Shown here: piece after piece, positions 1 through 10,112 of the stretch
Layout of the letters: every line of letters starts with the position of its first letter
Numbering within the stretch: the first letter of the stretch is position 1
Assembly (NCBI GenBank): GCA_022530585.1
Contig: CP092821.1
Location: 819,465 to 883,464 of the forward strand
DNA: 64,000 nt
Source: Candidatus Nealsonbacteria bacterium DGGOD1a
Lineage (GTDB): Bacteria > Patescibacteriota > Minisyncoccia > Minisyncoccales > UBA5738
Reading direction: 5' to 3'
The notes under the pieces: model-generated
Told to the model about the DNA's origin: nothing
What the model saw: only the letters and a program-made list of their open reading frames with translations
The model's database searches: none
Translations under genes and position numbers: made by a program

Positions 1-599
1 TTTACCAATGCCGGCCCCTCATTGTAAAAATCGCCGAAATAACTGATGCCCGCTTTGTCCAAATACGCCCGCGATTGCGCAAAACCGTCTTTGCCGAAAT
101 CCCGCACATGATTATTGGCCAAATTAACGATATTAAATCCGCTATCCTTGAGCGCCTTCGCCAACGCCGGGTCAAAAGTGAAACTGGTATTGTTCGGATC
201 CAGCGGCCGCGGCTTAAAATCCGTGAACGATCCTTCCAAATTCGCCAGAACCAGATCATTGCCCGCCAAAAAATCTTTGATATTTTCAAACGGATAATCC
301 GCGCCCTTGCGGTCAATCTCCCGCTTGATATAACGGTCAAGCAACAAATCACCAAACGCCAGCAAAGTTACCGGCGCGATTTTAACAGTCTCTTCTTTTT
401 CGATAATTTCATTTCTCGCTGTCTTTGCCGGGGTCGCAAAAATCTGATCCCGGCGGCTATCGTTTTCCGAATGGTTAGGCCGCAAGAAAAAAGCAAAAAA
501 CGCGGCCAGGCCGAAAATCACCGTGAAAACAGCCGCTCCGATAAATCGCGCGCGCTTTTCGTCTCTGATTTTAACCTTAAACGGTTTCTTTTTTGCCAT
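1..599 (-). CDS. CapA-family (poly-gamma-glutamate synthesis) metallophosphoesterase; 3' part runs off the window
   Basis: Own translation from ATG at 599: MAKKKPFK..., N-terminal TM, then LLAFGDLLLDR, LVLANLEGS, GFNIVNLANNHVRDFG (CapA motifs). Not in the ORF track because no stop lies within the window. Confidence 0.85.
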   Translation of the reverse strand, partial: MAKKKPFKVKIRDEKRARFIGAAVFTVIFGLAAFFAFFLRPNHSENDSRRDQIFATPAKTARNEIIEKEETVKIAPVTLLAFGDLLLDRYIKREIDRKGADYPFENIKDFLAGNDLVLANLEGSFTDFKPRPLDPNNTSFTFDPALAKALKDSGFNIVNLANNHVRDFGKDGFAQSRAYLDKAGISYFGDFYNEGPALV

Positions 600-784
600 C
601 GCAACAAATGGCGCACCCGGCGCCGATCACCTTGATTGATATGGTTTTATTTCCCATTGTTTTTTTGCTTATCCTTGAATTACGAAACGCTTTGCATAAC
701 GAATTTCCGGTTCTCGAAATTTTGCCCTTCAAAATCCATAATTTTGCAATCTAAAAAGCCGCCTGCTTGGCGGCGACTTTGAAA

Positions 785-1054
785 TTATGCCGGAAATGGC
801 TGAAGAAGCCAACCGCCGCCTTCTTTATGCGCTTCAATGCATTTTTGACTGCCGTGTTTAACCTTTTCGGCGATGGAAATGCTGTTACGATTAAATTCCT
901 TGTCGTCTTTTACGGTGATAATGATGCAAGCCCTGTCGGGAATTTTTTCAAATTCCTTCGGATGTTTTGACAGATATTCGTCAAATTCCAAAGAAAGTTT
1001 GATATTTTTTTTAATAAAATTTTGTCTCATAATTTTATTATGATTATTTGGCAT
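785..1054 (-). CDS. Small hypothetical protein, DUF5647-like, putative antitoxin
   Basis: 89 aa; KNIKLSLEFDEYL..HP...EKIP pattern; TAATG coupling to the upstream gene. Confidence 0.6.
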   Translation of the reverse strand: MPNNHNKIMRQNFIKKNIKLSLEFDEYLSKHPKEFEKIPDRACIIITVKDDKEFNRNSISIAEKVKHGSQKCIEAHKEGGGWLLQPFPA

Positions 1055-1365
1055 TAACCATTCATTAAATAATTCTCCATGATCTTTCTGAAATTTTTGG
1101 TTATATGCCGCTTGGCTTCCGTAAAAACATTATTAGCATCCCCGTCCAGATATGTAAAGATTCGCTTCTTTTTCAAGTAATAGGTGTGCTTATGCGATTT
1201 ATTGCCGTGGCGGCAATTATCTATTCTTATTATAGTACGCCAGCGAGAATCAACCAAACTGTGGTATTGGACAACAAATTCCAATATATATCCCCGTTTT
1301 TCGGTGAATTCAACAAGCAATTTATCTTTATCGGTTAACGGTTGGATATACCTAACCTTTTTCAT
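1054..1365 (-). CDS. Small basic hypothetical protein, putative toxin of a two-gene module (DUF7718-like)
   Basis: 103 aa; FVVQY...W.TIIRIDNCRHG..SHKH pattern. Confidence 0.55.
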   Translation of the reverse strand: MKKVRYIQPLTDKDKLLVEFTEKRGYILEFVVQYHSLVDSRWRTIIRIDNCRHGNKSHKHTYYLKKKRIFTYLDGDANNVFTEAKRHITKNFRKIMENYLMNG

Positions 1366-1370
1366 ATTTA

Positions 1371-2396
1371 TTACTTCCAGCCTTGGTTGACGACGCGCCA
1401 GACCACTTGTTCTTGCGGAAGCTGGATCGCGCCCTGCGGAGTCTGCTGAACCATATTGGTTTGCTGTTTGCGGTAGTCGATGGAAAGTTCGAAATAATTT
1501 TGCAGGTCTTTACTTTCCACATAGGCGATGCGATAATCCTTTTTGGTTTGCATCACATTCTGTCCCAGCTCGTTTTCCGGATTCCACAACGAATTCAAAT
1601 TCATCTCGCGGTTATATTCTTCCAGCAAATCGGTCATCGCCTTCGATAACTCCTCATCGGCGTATTGCACGGTTTTGACGCCCAAATCCTCCTTGGCTTC
1701 CTTGCGGCCGATGAAATATTGGTGCGAATATAATTTTTCCGTGAAATAATCCACCACTTTCTCGATCTCCTCTTCGCGCATCGGATTTTTATGGCTTTTC
1801 AACAACCGCTTGGCCAGAATACGGATCAGATTATGGATGCGATTCACATTGCCCAACGCCAATGGATGGATCTGCGGATTGGCATCCACGAATTTCTCGA
1901 AAATGCGCGAAAGCTGTTCGTCGTCCTTGATGCCGAACTTGTTTTTGGCCAGATCAAAATAAGCCATTACATCCTCCACCGAAATCGGAATTCTCTGGTG
2001 CGGGTTTTGCGGATCGACCGGATTGAAAACATTGGCCGTGGACGGATCGATGGGCGAAATTTCCGACAAGTTGCTCATCACAATTTCATCCGCGCCCAGC
2101 GCGATCATCGTGGCCGCGCTGTGCGCTTTATAAGACACCAGCACCGAAAACTTGGCGCAATGTTCGCGGATCATCGAAACCAAACGCCAGGGAACCATCG
2201 TGTCTCCGCCGGAACTGTACAGAAACAAATCGATATTCTCGGTTTTGCCGATGGCCCGCAATTGCTTGCCGGCTATCGGAATGATATCCATTGCCACGCG
2301 CGCGCTCACCGGCCCCGGCCGGTCGCTGGTCAAATAAGTAATCACCCGCGATTCGCGCAAACCTTCAATCCGCTGAATCAATTGTTTTTTATCCAT
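1371..2396 (-). CDS. SDH-family ClpP-fold serine protease
   Basis: IDLFLYSSGGD, AHSAATMIALGADEIVM, SPIDP, LYSHQYFI motifs. Confidence 0.85.
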   Translation of the reverse strand: MDKKQLIQRIEGLRESRVITYLTSDRPGPVSARVAMDIIPIAGKQLRAIGKTENIDLFLYSSGGDTMVPWRLVSMIREHCAKFSVLVSYKAHSAATMIALGADEIVMSNLSEISPIDPSTANVFNPVDPQNPHQRIPISVEDVMAYFDLAKNKFGIKDDEQLSRIFEKFVDANPQIHPLALGNVNRIHNLIRILAKRLLKSHKNPMREEEIEKVVDYFTEKLYSHQYFIGRKEAKEDLGVKTVQYADEELSKAMTDLLEEYNREMNLNSLWNPENELGQNVMQTKKDYRIAYVESKDLQNYFELSIDYRKQQTNMVQQTPQGAIQLPQEQVVWRVVNQGWK

Positions 2397-2464
2397 AAAT
2401 TTTTTCGCTTTTAGATTGCCATAATCATATCATTTCCTCCGATATTTGCCACTCTCGCAAATAA

Positions 2465-3175
2465 TTATCCGTCATTTTTGTTCTTGGCGCATCTATAATT
2501 TACCAGGCTGACATCGGCGTAAACCGCGCTTTTGAATTTCCACAAAACATCAAGGCAAAAAGCGGTATCTTCGCCGATACGCAAATCGTTATATTCAACT
2601 TCCTCAAAAACATCCCGGCGCACCGCCGCGTACCCGTGATGCGGATGAGCCCCCTCTATCCATTTTTCTTCCGCCGGCCGGTCGATAAAAATAAATTTGG
2701 AATTGTCTTTTTTGGGAGGATTGCCAAAAGTGAAATCAATCAGCTGCCGGCTGAAAACAAACGGAATTTCATCTTTGTCGTACTTTTCAAACCCGCGGCC
2801 GTCCCTTTTGAAACCGTGCAAAAATAATTTTGGATCGTATTTCAGAAAAACATCTTTGGTTATCTCGATTTTCTGCGGATGGCACTCGTCGTCGGCATCG
2901 CAAAAAACCAAGATATTATGCGCGGCCAGCCTGGCTCCTCTGTTCCGATTCTGGCCCGCGAACTGTTTTTCGCCGATAACGCGAAACTTCACGGGAAAAG
3001 GATATTTCGAATACTTTTCTTCGAGAACGGAACCGTCTTTTTCCGATGTTTCGCTCAAAGCGACGATAACCTCTTCCGGAAGGCGGGTTTGGCGGCGCAA
3101 ACTCTCCAGCATTCTCCCGATGTCGCAAATATCGGAAGGATGGCAAGGAATGATAATTGATAAATCATTGATCAT
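2465..3175 (-). CDS. Glycosyltransferase family 2
   Basis: LSIIIPC, NRNRGA, FCDADD, GED motifs. Confidence 0.85.
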   Translation of the reverse strand: MINDLSIIIPCHPSDICDIGRMLESLRRQTRLPEEVIVALSETSEKDGSVLEEKYSKYPFPVKFRVIGEKQFAGQNRNRGARLAAHNILVFCDADDECHPQKIEITKDVFLKYDPKLFLHGFKRDGRGFEKYDKDEIPFVFSRQLIDFTFGNPPKKDNSKFIFIDRPAEEKWIEGAHPHHGYAAVRRDVFEEVEYNDLRIGEDTAFCLDVLWKFKSAVYADVSLVNYRCAKNKNDG

Positions 3176-3199
3176 CGTTTTTCCGTTTAAACGCGAAAA

Positions 3200-4390
3200 T
3201 CACAACTCGCCGAGCAAGCCCAAGAGCTGTTTGAAAATTACATCCGAGCCCAAATTGCGTTTTAATTCGGCGCGCGACTCCCGTCCGACCCGGCGCTCCG
3301 CGGCGGTTTCTATTTTATCGAAAACATTATTTGTATTTTCAAAACCGACGATAAACGATTCCAGCCCGAAGCGCCGGAATTGTTCGGCCACCCCCATATT
3401 GGGGCTGATCAGCGCGGGCGTGCCGCAAGCGACCGCTTCCATGGCGATATTGCCGTAAGTTTCAAAATGCGAAGGACAAATTACGACATCCATCATCCTG
3501 TAAAAACGCGCCAGTTCTTTATTCAGCATCGGAGCGACGAATTTTATGTCTTTTTTTAATTTGGCATAAATCCTGCTTCGAGGATTAAGGCTCGCGACCG
3601 CGCAGATATTTAATTTCCCTCCTGCCGACGAATTGAATTTCGCGAGCCTGGCGATGAAACGGGGATTTTTCTCGTGTGTCCAGCGCATAACAAATCCCGC
3701 GTTGATGCCGCTTCTTCCAGCCAGTTCCGGCAAAGGGCAGTTGGCGAGTTCTCCGATTTTTGAAGTATTTTTAAAAAAATACAAAGGTACCGGATTCGGG
3801 AGGATTTTGCATTTTTTCAATGGCCGGCCAAACACTTCTTTTTCCGCGGCTTCGCGCGCGATATTCGAAGGAAAAATATAAAACACGCTATCGTCAAGAT
3901 AGCTTTTTTCCATTTCGCGGTAAATGTTCCGCGCCCTTTCTTCATACTTTTCGACTTCTCTGGAAATCACCCCGTGGTAATGCAAAACTATTTTTTTCGC
4001 GCGCGCCCTAACGGCCGCGATGTACAGACACCAAACCAGATGATATGTGCCGCTAAGAAGGATTATATCCGGCTTTTCCGCCGCGATCACTTTTTCGTAT
4101 TCGAGGATAACGCTTTCCATCGATGATTCAAATTCCCCGAGATTGCCGGCCGCTTTTGCCAAATCGCCGATATTTTCAAACGGGATCGAAATCGAATAAA
4201 GCTTCCAATTTTTTTCTCCGGAAATGTTAACCAGCGATTTTTCTCGGCCGCCGTCGGCCCGCGTGATATCAACGCCGATCAGTTCGACTTCTTCTTTTTC
4301 ATATGTTGCCTTGATGTAATCCGCCAAAGAAAGAACATAATGCGTTATACCCGCGATTTTATGGAAATGGATGCTTGTTAATATTTTCAT
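3200..4390 (-). CDS. Glycosyltransferase family 4 (GT-B)
   Basis: PSHFETYGNIAMEAVACGTP (E-x7-E) motif. Confidence 0.85.
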   Translation of the reverse strand: MKILTSIHFHKIAGITHYVLSLADYIKATYEKEEVELIGVDITRADGGREKSLVNISGEKNWKLYSISIPFENIGDLAKAAGNLGEFESSMESVILEYEKVIAAEKPDIILLSGTYHLVWCLYIAAVRARAKKIVLHYHGVISREVEKYEERARNIYREMEKSYLDDSVFYIFPSNIAREAAEKEVFGRPLKKCKILPNPVPLYFFKNTSKIGELANCPLPELAGRSGINAGFVMRWTHEKNPRFIARLAKFNSSAGGKLNICAVASLNPRSRIYAKLKKDIKFVAPMLNKELARFYRMMDVVICPSHFETYGNIAMEAVACGTPALISPNMGVAEQFRRFGLESFIVGFENTNNVFDKIETAAERRVGRESRAELKRNLGSDVIFKQLLGLLGEL

Positions 4391-5547
4391 TTCGAAGACT
4401 TATCCGATTTGACATAATTGAGAAGCAAACCGTGAATACGATCCGGATTGAGTTCATTTTTTAATTCAAGCCTGATCTTCGGATCAACCGTTTCTCCCAT
4501 CATCCGGTCGATTTTCTTAAATACTTTCGCCGGCACATCAAACGGTGAAATCCATTTGTCCAGCCCGAAGCGCCGGAATTGTTCGGCCACCCCCATATTG
4601 GGGCTGATCAGCGCGGGCGTGCCGCAAGCGACCGCTTCCTGCGCCACATTGCCGTATGTCTCGAAACGGGAAGGGCAAACGATAAGATCCATTTTTGAAT
4701 AAAATCGCCCCATTTTCGCGTTTTCCATCGGCTGGACCATTCTAACCGAATCGCAAATATGTTTTGGAATGTCAACCACGGCGCGAAAATCGCTCAACAG
4801 GCTAAAAACATTGTTTTTTATCGATTTTGAATTATGAAGCGCGTATTTTTTAATAAAAGACTTATTCTTTACATGCCGCCATCTGGCAATCATTCCGATA
4901 TTGTTAGTATCATTCTTTATCTTACTCGTCTTAAAGAAATGAAGCGGAATCGCATTGGGCAAAACGCAAAAATGCTTCGGCTCGCGGCCGAAAACATCCT
5001 TGGCCACGGCATTTTTCGCGAATAAAGAAGGAAAGATATATCTTAAATTGTCGGAATCGAAGGTTTTTTCTATGCCTTGGAAAATCCGGCGCATCGCCTC
5101 GGGGTAATGTTCGGTTTCCTTGGTCAGGCTTCCGTGATAATGCAAAACAATATTTTTCACCGTGTTCCGCGCCGCCAGAAACAAACACCACGGAAGATAA
5201 TAGGTGCCGTTGAGCAATATTACATCCGGTTTTTCCCGCCGGATAATTTCTCTGTACCGGTCGATTATCGGGCTTAACTTGTTTTGAACCTCGCCGATAT
5301 TGTCCGATTTTTTCACCAATTCTTTGATATCGGGATGCGGCATGGAAGCGGTTATCACCCGAATATTGTCTTCACGGCTTTCTTTAATTTCCGACGATGC
5401 TCCAAGATTGTCGTTCTTGGCCATTTCCACTCCCACAAGCTCCAAATTATTGGAGTTTTTTTGTTTCTTCACATAAGAAGCCAGCGAAGACAAGGTTTGG
5501 GAGATGCCGGCAAGATTATAGAAGCGGACATTGGTTAGAATTTTCAT
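4387..5547 (-). CDS. Glycosyltransferase family 4, paralog of the neighbouring gene
   Basis: PSRFETYGNVAQEAVACGTP; start MKILT chosen by alignment with the paralog. Confidence 0.85.
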   Translation of the reverse strand: MKILTNVRFYNLAGISQTLSSLASYVKKQKNSNNLELVGVEMAKNDNLGASSEIKESREDNIRVITASMPHPDIKELVKKSDNIGEVQNKLSPIIDRYREIIRREKPDVILLNGTYYLPWCLFLAARNTVKNIVLHYHGSLTKETEHYPEAMRRIFQGIEKTFDSDNLRYIFPSLFAKNAVAKDVFGREPKHFCVLPNAIPLHFFKTSKIKNDTNNIGMIARWRHVKNKSFIKKYALHNSKSIKNNVFSLLSDFRAVVDIPKHICDSVRMVQPMENAKMGRFYSKMDLIVCPSRFETYGNVAQEAVACGTPALISPNMGVAEQFRRFGLDKWISPFDVPAKVFKKIDRMMGETVDPKIRLELKNELNPDRIHGLLLNYVKSDKSSK

Positions 5548-5667
5548 CCTGTTAAAATTAGCACGATTCAACCGTTATTTCAATAGTTTTGCGGCAATTT
5601 CGCGGAAAGTTGATATCGCTCAAAAGCGCGCCGTCCCTACAGTTCTGCTTGAAAAAACCAACTCGCA

Positions 5668-7443
5668 TCAGCTTGCCCGTTTCCGGCCGGTGAGCATTCT
5701 TACGGCTTGTTCCATGGAACCGGCAAGAGTGATCGTACCGGCGTTGACGAAATAGATTTCATCGGCATTGACGATGGTGTTGAGGCGATGCGCGATAATG
5801 ACTTTGGTGGTGTTTTCCGGAAGTTTTCCGATTATTTCTTCCAGAAGCTGTTCGGTAACCGTATCGATATTGGCCGTGGCTTCATCAAGAATCAATAAAT
5901 CCGGTTTTCTTAAAACCGCGCGAATAAAAGCTATCAACTGCTTCTGGCCCAAACTGATGGTATCGCCATCGCCGACAATCTTTGTTTTCAGCCCCTGGCC
6001 GAACCGCGCCAACAAACCGGAAAGGCCGGCGTCTTCCAGCGCGGTCGCCAGCTGTTCATCGGCGCAATCAATGTAATGCGGATTGCCGTAAACAATATTG
6101 TCGCGGATCGTACCGGTAAACAAAAGCGGCTCTTGCAGGATAAAACCGATCCTTCGCGCGCGGACTTCGGGCGAATACGAACGAATATCTTTGCCTTCAA
6201 ACAAAATCGCGCCCTCGGACGCGTCGTATATCCGGGCCATCAACGAAGCGGTCGTGGTCTTTCCGCCGCCGGTCGGACCGACCAGCGCGTAAGTCTTGCC
6301 TTTTTTGAGCTTTAAATTAACTTTTTCCAAAACCGTTTTCCCGTCCAAGTAAGTGAAAGATACATTCCGAAATTCCAACCGCAGATCGGTTTTATCGCGG
6401 CCAAACCTGTTCTCGACGATTTTCATATCCGATTTTAACGCCAACACTTCCGAAATGCGTTCAATGGCCGCGAACGCCAGTTGCAATGTGGGCCACACCG
6501 TTGCCAGCTGGCGCAGCGGGCCGTAGAAACTGTTGACATACAACAAATAACCGATCAGCAAACCAATGGTGAAATCGCCGGCGCCGATCAGGTAAATTCC
6601 GTAGCCAAGCACGATCATTTGCGCCAAGATCGAAGCTACGCCATAGATTGGAACGAAAACATTGCTCGCGATCCCGGCTTTGACCGCCGCGGAAAAATTA
6701 TTGGCATTGACGCCGTTGAATTTATCGCGGAAATAATCAAGCCGGTTGAATGCCGCGACCACTTTGAAATTCGCTAAACTTTCCTGAATTTCCGAACTCA
6801 TTTTGCCGGTCGTTTGCAAACTTTTTAGATTGGCCCGCTCAACCCACGGCCCGAACAACCGCGTCGCGATCAAAACAACGGCCGCCGGGATCAGGGCCGC
6901 GGCGCCAAGGCGCGGGTTCAACAACACCAAAAATATTCCCGCGCCGGCAACGATAAAAAAACTGCGCATTAATTGCATCAATGCCTGGCCGATGAACTGG
7001 TTTAATTTATCGGTATCGTTGTTGACGCGGGAAATCAAATCGCCGGATTTATTCTGGTTGAAAAACGCCAGCGGCAATTCCTGGAGCTTATTGAATAGTA
7101 TATTGCGCAAATTAAACAGCGCCCGGCGGCCCGTACCGCCCAAAGCGATGGTTTGGACATAACTCGCGATCAATATCACCAGATATACCGCCAACAGCTG
7201 CCACAAGCAAACCGCAACTCCGCGGTAATCGCCGTTTTTTATGTACACATCAACCGCCCGGCCGATGATTATGGGATCAAGCAGAGCGGCCGCCGCCCAA
7301 ACCAAAGCCGCGAAAATCGCCAGCGCGATATTCGCTTTTTCGCCGGCCAAAAGCGGCGCCATCATTTTTAAGGCCCGCGCCGATATTCCTTTTCTGTTTT
7401 TATTTTTGCGGTCGCCAAGCGCGTAATTCATGCTCGTATTCAT
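5668..7443 (-). CDS. ABC exporter, fused permease/ATPase (heterodimer subunit)
   Basis: TM domain, Walker A GPTGGGKT, signature ISLGQKQ, Walker B LILDEAT. Confidence 0.9.
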   Translation of the reverse strand: MNTSMNYALGDRKNKNRKGISARALKMMAPLLAGEKANIALAIFAALVWAAAALLDPIIIGRAVDVYIKNGDYRGVAVCLWQLLAVYLVILIASYVQTIALGGTGRRALFNLRNILFNKLQELPLAFFNQNKSGDLISRVNNDTDKLNQFIGQALMQLMRSFFIVAGAGIFLVLLNPRLGAAALIPAAVVLIATRLFGPWVERANLKSLQTTGKMSSEIQESLANFKVVAAFNRLDYFRDKFNGVNANNFSAAVKAGIASNVFVPIYGVASILAQMIVLGYGIYLIGAGDFTIGLLIGYLLYVNSFYGPLRQLATVWPTLQLAFAAIERISEVLALKSDMKIVENRFGRDKTDLRLEFRNVSFTYLDGKTVLEKVNLKLKKGKTYALVGPTGGGKTTTASLMARIYDASEGAILFEGKDIRSYSPEVRARRIGFILQEPLLFTGTIRDNIVYGNPHYIDCADEQLATALEDAGLSGLLARFGQGLKTKIVGDGDTISLGQKQLIAFIRAVLRKPDLLILDEATANIDTVTEQLLEEIIGKLPENTTKVIIAHRLNTIVNADEIYFVNAGTITLAGSMEQAVRMLTGRKRAS

Positions 7444-9169
7444 TGGTGCTTTTTTGCGAATTATATATTTGTATGTATTCCGGCGATGACTCGATCAACT
7501 GTCGATGCGTGCCGCGGGCCAGCGCTTCCCCTTCCATCAAAAGAATAATCTGGTCGTAATCTTTCACCGGTTCGATTTTCTGCGTGACCGACACCAAAGT
7601 GATGCCGGGATACCGGCTGCGGATATTGGCCAAAATTTTCCGTTCGGTTTCATTATCCACGCGCGCGGTGAAATCATCGAGCAAAAGAATTTTGGGATTC
7701 AACGCCAGCGCCCGCGCCAGCATAACGCGCTGTTTCTGCCCGCCCGACAAGCTGGTTCCCCGCTCGGACACCATGGTGTCCAGTTTTTTTGGCAGCGTAT
7801 CGATGAATTCCTTCAACTCGGAAGCGGCAATCGCTTTCTCGATGTCCGCCTCGGATACTTTGGCGTTAAACGCGATATTCTCCCGCAAGCTGATATTAAA
7901 AATTATGCTGTCCTGGAACACCAGCCCCACTTGCCGGCGCAAAGCGGCTTTGTCATATTCGTTGATGTTCTTTCCGTCGTAGTAAACCGCGCCGGATGTC
8001 GGCTCCAGCAATCCCGTTAAAATATAAATCAGCCGAGTTTTTCCCGCCGCGGTCGGACCGATGATCGCGGTGCGCGTGCCGGCGTTAATTTTGATATTCA
8101 CATCTTTCAACGCAATTTTCTGGCCGTAAAGCAAATTGATATTTTCCATATCAATATCGCCGCGCAATGCCGTCGCGAGTTTTCCGGTTTCTTTGAGATC
8201 GGGAGCGGCCAGCACCTCGTTAACGCGGCGATAAGACGCGTCGGATTGGGCGATAACCGTGCTCATAAAACTGATGACAATGATCGGAAAAATAAGTATC
8301 GCCAAATAGCTGTTAAACGCCGCGAAATTGCCCAAACTCATCGCGCCGGTGATCACGAAGTGGCCGCCCATTCCCACAATGGCCAGCGTGGCCATATTGG
8401 CGATGAAGGTGACTGCCGGAATCAGAGCCGCAAAATATCTCATAATCGTCAAACCGATGTTTTTCGATTCCTCGTTGGCCGCGCCGAACTTTTCATATTC
8501 ATAACTTTGGGAATTTAGAATCCGGACGACCGCCGCGCCCGTTATGCTTTCGTTGATCACGCAATTCAGCCGATCGATGGTTTCCTGCATTTTGGTGAAC
8601 AATTTATGCACCCGTCCCAGCACCAAATAAAACGCCAGGCCGATGAACGGCATCAGAGCCAAAATCGCCAGCGTCAATTTCCAGTCGATCATCAACATCA
8701 GCGCGCCGGCGCCCGCGATTAAAAAAACCGACGATACCAAAGACGGAATCGCCAACGACACGAACGATTTCACCGCGTCGACATCCGAAGTGAGATTCGT
8801 CAAAAGCTTCGCCGGCGTTACGCGCTCCACGAACGAGTAATTCTGTCGGGCGAGTTTTGCCACCACCTTGGCGCGCAAATCGCGCGCCACCAGCTCCGAC
8901 GCGTAGGTTTGCGCTACTCCCTGCAGATAGGTGAACAAAAAAACAAAAACCGCCACCAGCGAAAACTGAATGGCCAAAGCCCCAACATCAAAACCGCCCG
9001 CGCCATAGGCATCGATCCCCGCCGCGATCAATTTGGGTACCGCAAGACTCAACCCGTTGCTTGCCGCGGTCAACAAAATAATACCGGCCACAAACCGGCC
9101 GTAAGGCTTTACCAGCTTAACCAACTCAACCGAAGTTTTATTGTTTCCGTTGTTTTTCCTGTCAGCCAT
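7400..9169 (-). CDS. ABC exporter, fused permease/ATPase (degenerate-site subunit)
   Basis: GPTAAGKT, LSGGQKQR, degenerate Walker B LLLDD and H-switch TQK, as in heterodimeric exporters. Confidence 0.9.
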   Translation of the reverse strand: MADRKNNGNNKTSVELVKLVKPYGRFVAGIILLTAASNGLSLAVPKLIAAGIDAYGAGGFDVGALAIQFSLVAVFVFLFTYLQGVAQTYASELVARDLRAKVVAKLARQNYSFVERVTPAKLLTNLTSDVDAVKSFVSLAIPSLVSSVFLIAGAGALMLMIDWKLTLAILALMPFIGLAFYLVLGRVHKLFTKMQETIDRLNCVINESITGAAVVRILNSQSYEYEKFGAANEESKNIGLTIMRYFAALIPAVTFIANMATLAIVGMGGHFVITGAMSLGNFAAFNSYLAILIFPIIVISFMSTVIAQSDASYRRVNEVLAAPDLKETGKLATALRGDIDMENINLLYGQKIALKDVNIKINAGTRTAIIGPTAAGKTRLIYILTGLLEPTSGAVYYDGKNINEYDKAALRRQVGLVFQDSIIFNISLRENIAFNAKVSEADIEKAIAASELKEFIDTLPKKLDTMVSERGTSLSGGQKQRVMLARALALNPKILLLDDFTARVDNETERKILANIRSRYPGITLVSVTQKIEPVKDYDQIILLMEGEALARGTHRQLIESSPEYIQIYNSQKSTNEYEHELRAWRPQK

Positions 9170-9261
9170 CAAAATATACTACCCATTCAACCTACCTCTT
9201 TTATCCCCTTTTTTCAATCAACAACCCCGGCAACAATAAATTTTATATTTTCCATTCGAGT

Positions 9262-9366
9262 CCGCGATCGGGGTATTAACCCCGATCTTGCGGCCAAAGG
9301 GGGCACCCCTTTGGAATCCTCTTGGTGCACCCCGGGGCAAAGCCCCGAGGTATTGCACTCAATAAA
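9262..9366. repeat. IS200/IS605-end-like multi-hairpin repeat, copy 1
   Basis: 9294-9366 identical to 52244-52316 (73 bp); upstream hairpin structurally conserved. Confidence 0.8.
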
Positions 9367-9539
9367 AAAATATTTCATTTGAAATATTCATGTTGGGGCG
9401 AGAAAATTTTGCGCCAAAGCCAATTTCCTTCGGTTTCTTTTTACGCAACGGCAACTGCTTGGCGTTTATTGATTGAATTTATCCCACGAAACAACCGCGC
9501 CGTACAGCGCGACATATACGCCGTTGTTTAGCGTTTCAA

Positions 9540-9637
9540 CCGCCCATTGAATTGCGGGCCTTCCCGTGATTTTTTTGGCGGAAAGCGGGTCCAAGACTGA
9601 AAACCTAAGATTTTTTTGGCGGATACCTTTTTGGCGG
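9540..9637 (-). repeat. Truncated copy of the LSR 3'-end arm (putative att arm, copy C)
   Basis: Reverse complement matches 20028-20120 (three CCGCCAAAAA boxes plus CACGGGAAGGCCCGCAATTCAATGGGCGG); differs only in the box2-box3 spacer. Confidence 0.9.
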
Positions 9638-9643
9638 CGGATT

Positions 9644-9945
9644 TCATCCGTGTCCATTAAACAGGCACAGATCAAAAGACGGTTTGAGCGCGTTCAACTT
9701 TTCGATTGAATTCATCCGGAGCGAGCAATCATCGACTTCGATCCCGACCGAATAGTTCCCCTTTTGGGCAAACACATTCCCTCGGGAATACTCGGGATTC
9801 CTTTCGGTCACATTCCGGCCCTTTCGGTTTCGCCAGACCTCTTTTTCCGTTCGGGCTTCGTACCCTAAACGCGAAAAATATCTCATTATGAGCCATTGAA
9901 TCTACGGATGGTGCGGGGTATGAATTTTTAGTAAATCCTCTACTA
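9644..9945 (-). pseudogene. Degraded PD-(D/E)XK-like nuclease fragment
   Basis: GNVFAQKGNYSVGIEVD resembles a PD-(D/E)XK core; upstream frame LVEDLLKIHTPHHP*IQWLIMRYF has an internal TAG. Confidence 0.35.
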
Positions 9946-10054
9946 AGTAGTTCACTTTAATAGAAAATTAATCCAAAGACTTATAGAATTAGGGTACTTG
10001 ACAGCTTGTGGATAACTTCTTGTATTGCGCCATGAAAAATGGTACTATGTAAAT

Positions 10055-10112
10055 AGCTCATCTACCATGCGTAGAAGGAGTATCGGATACCGCCCCCAAA
10101 GGCGGTGTTTGT
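10055..10112 (-). ncRNA. Candidate DUF3800-associated structured RNA overlapping the partner gene's 3' end
   Basis: Minus strand ACCGCC-TTTGGG-GGCGGT hairpin, then TCTAC-GCATG-GTAGA hairpin; GC-rich patch in an AT-rich gene. Confidence 0.45.

Noticed and set aside
75-635. Long plus-strand ORFs here and elsewhere (e.g. 22652-23503, 62908-63792)
   Set aside because: Antisense shadows of well-supported minus-strand genes.
9899-9910. 12-bp match AATCTACGGATG to the LSR 5' region and a tRNA-end-like TGGTGCGGGG nearby
   Set aside because: Matches this short are expected by chance; no direct repeat of the tRNA-Gly 3' end was found.
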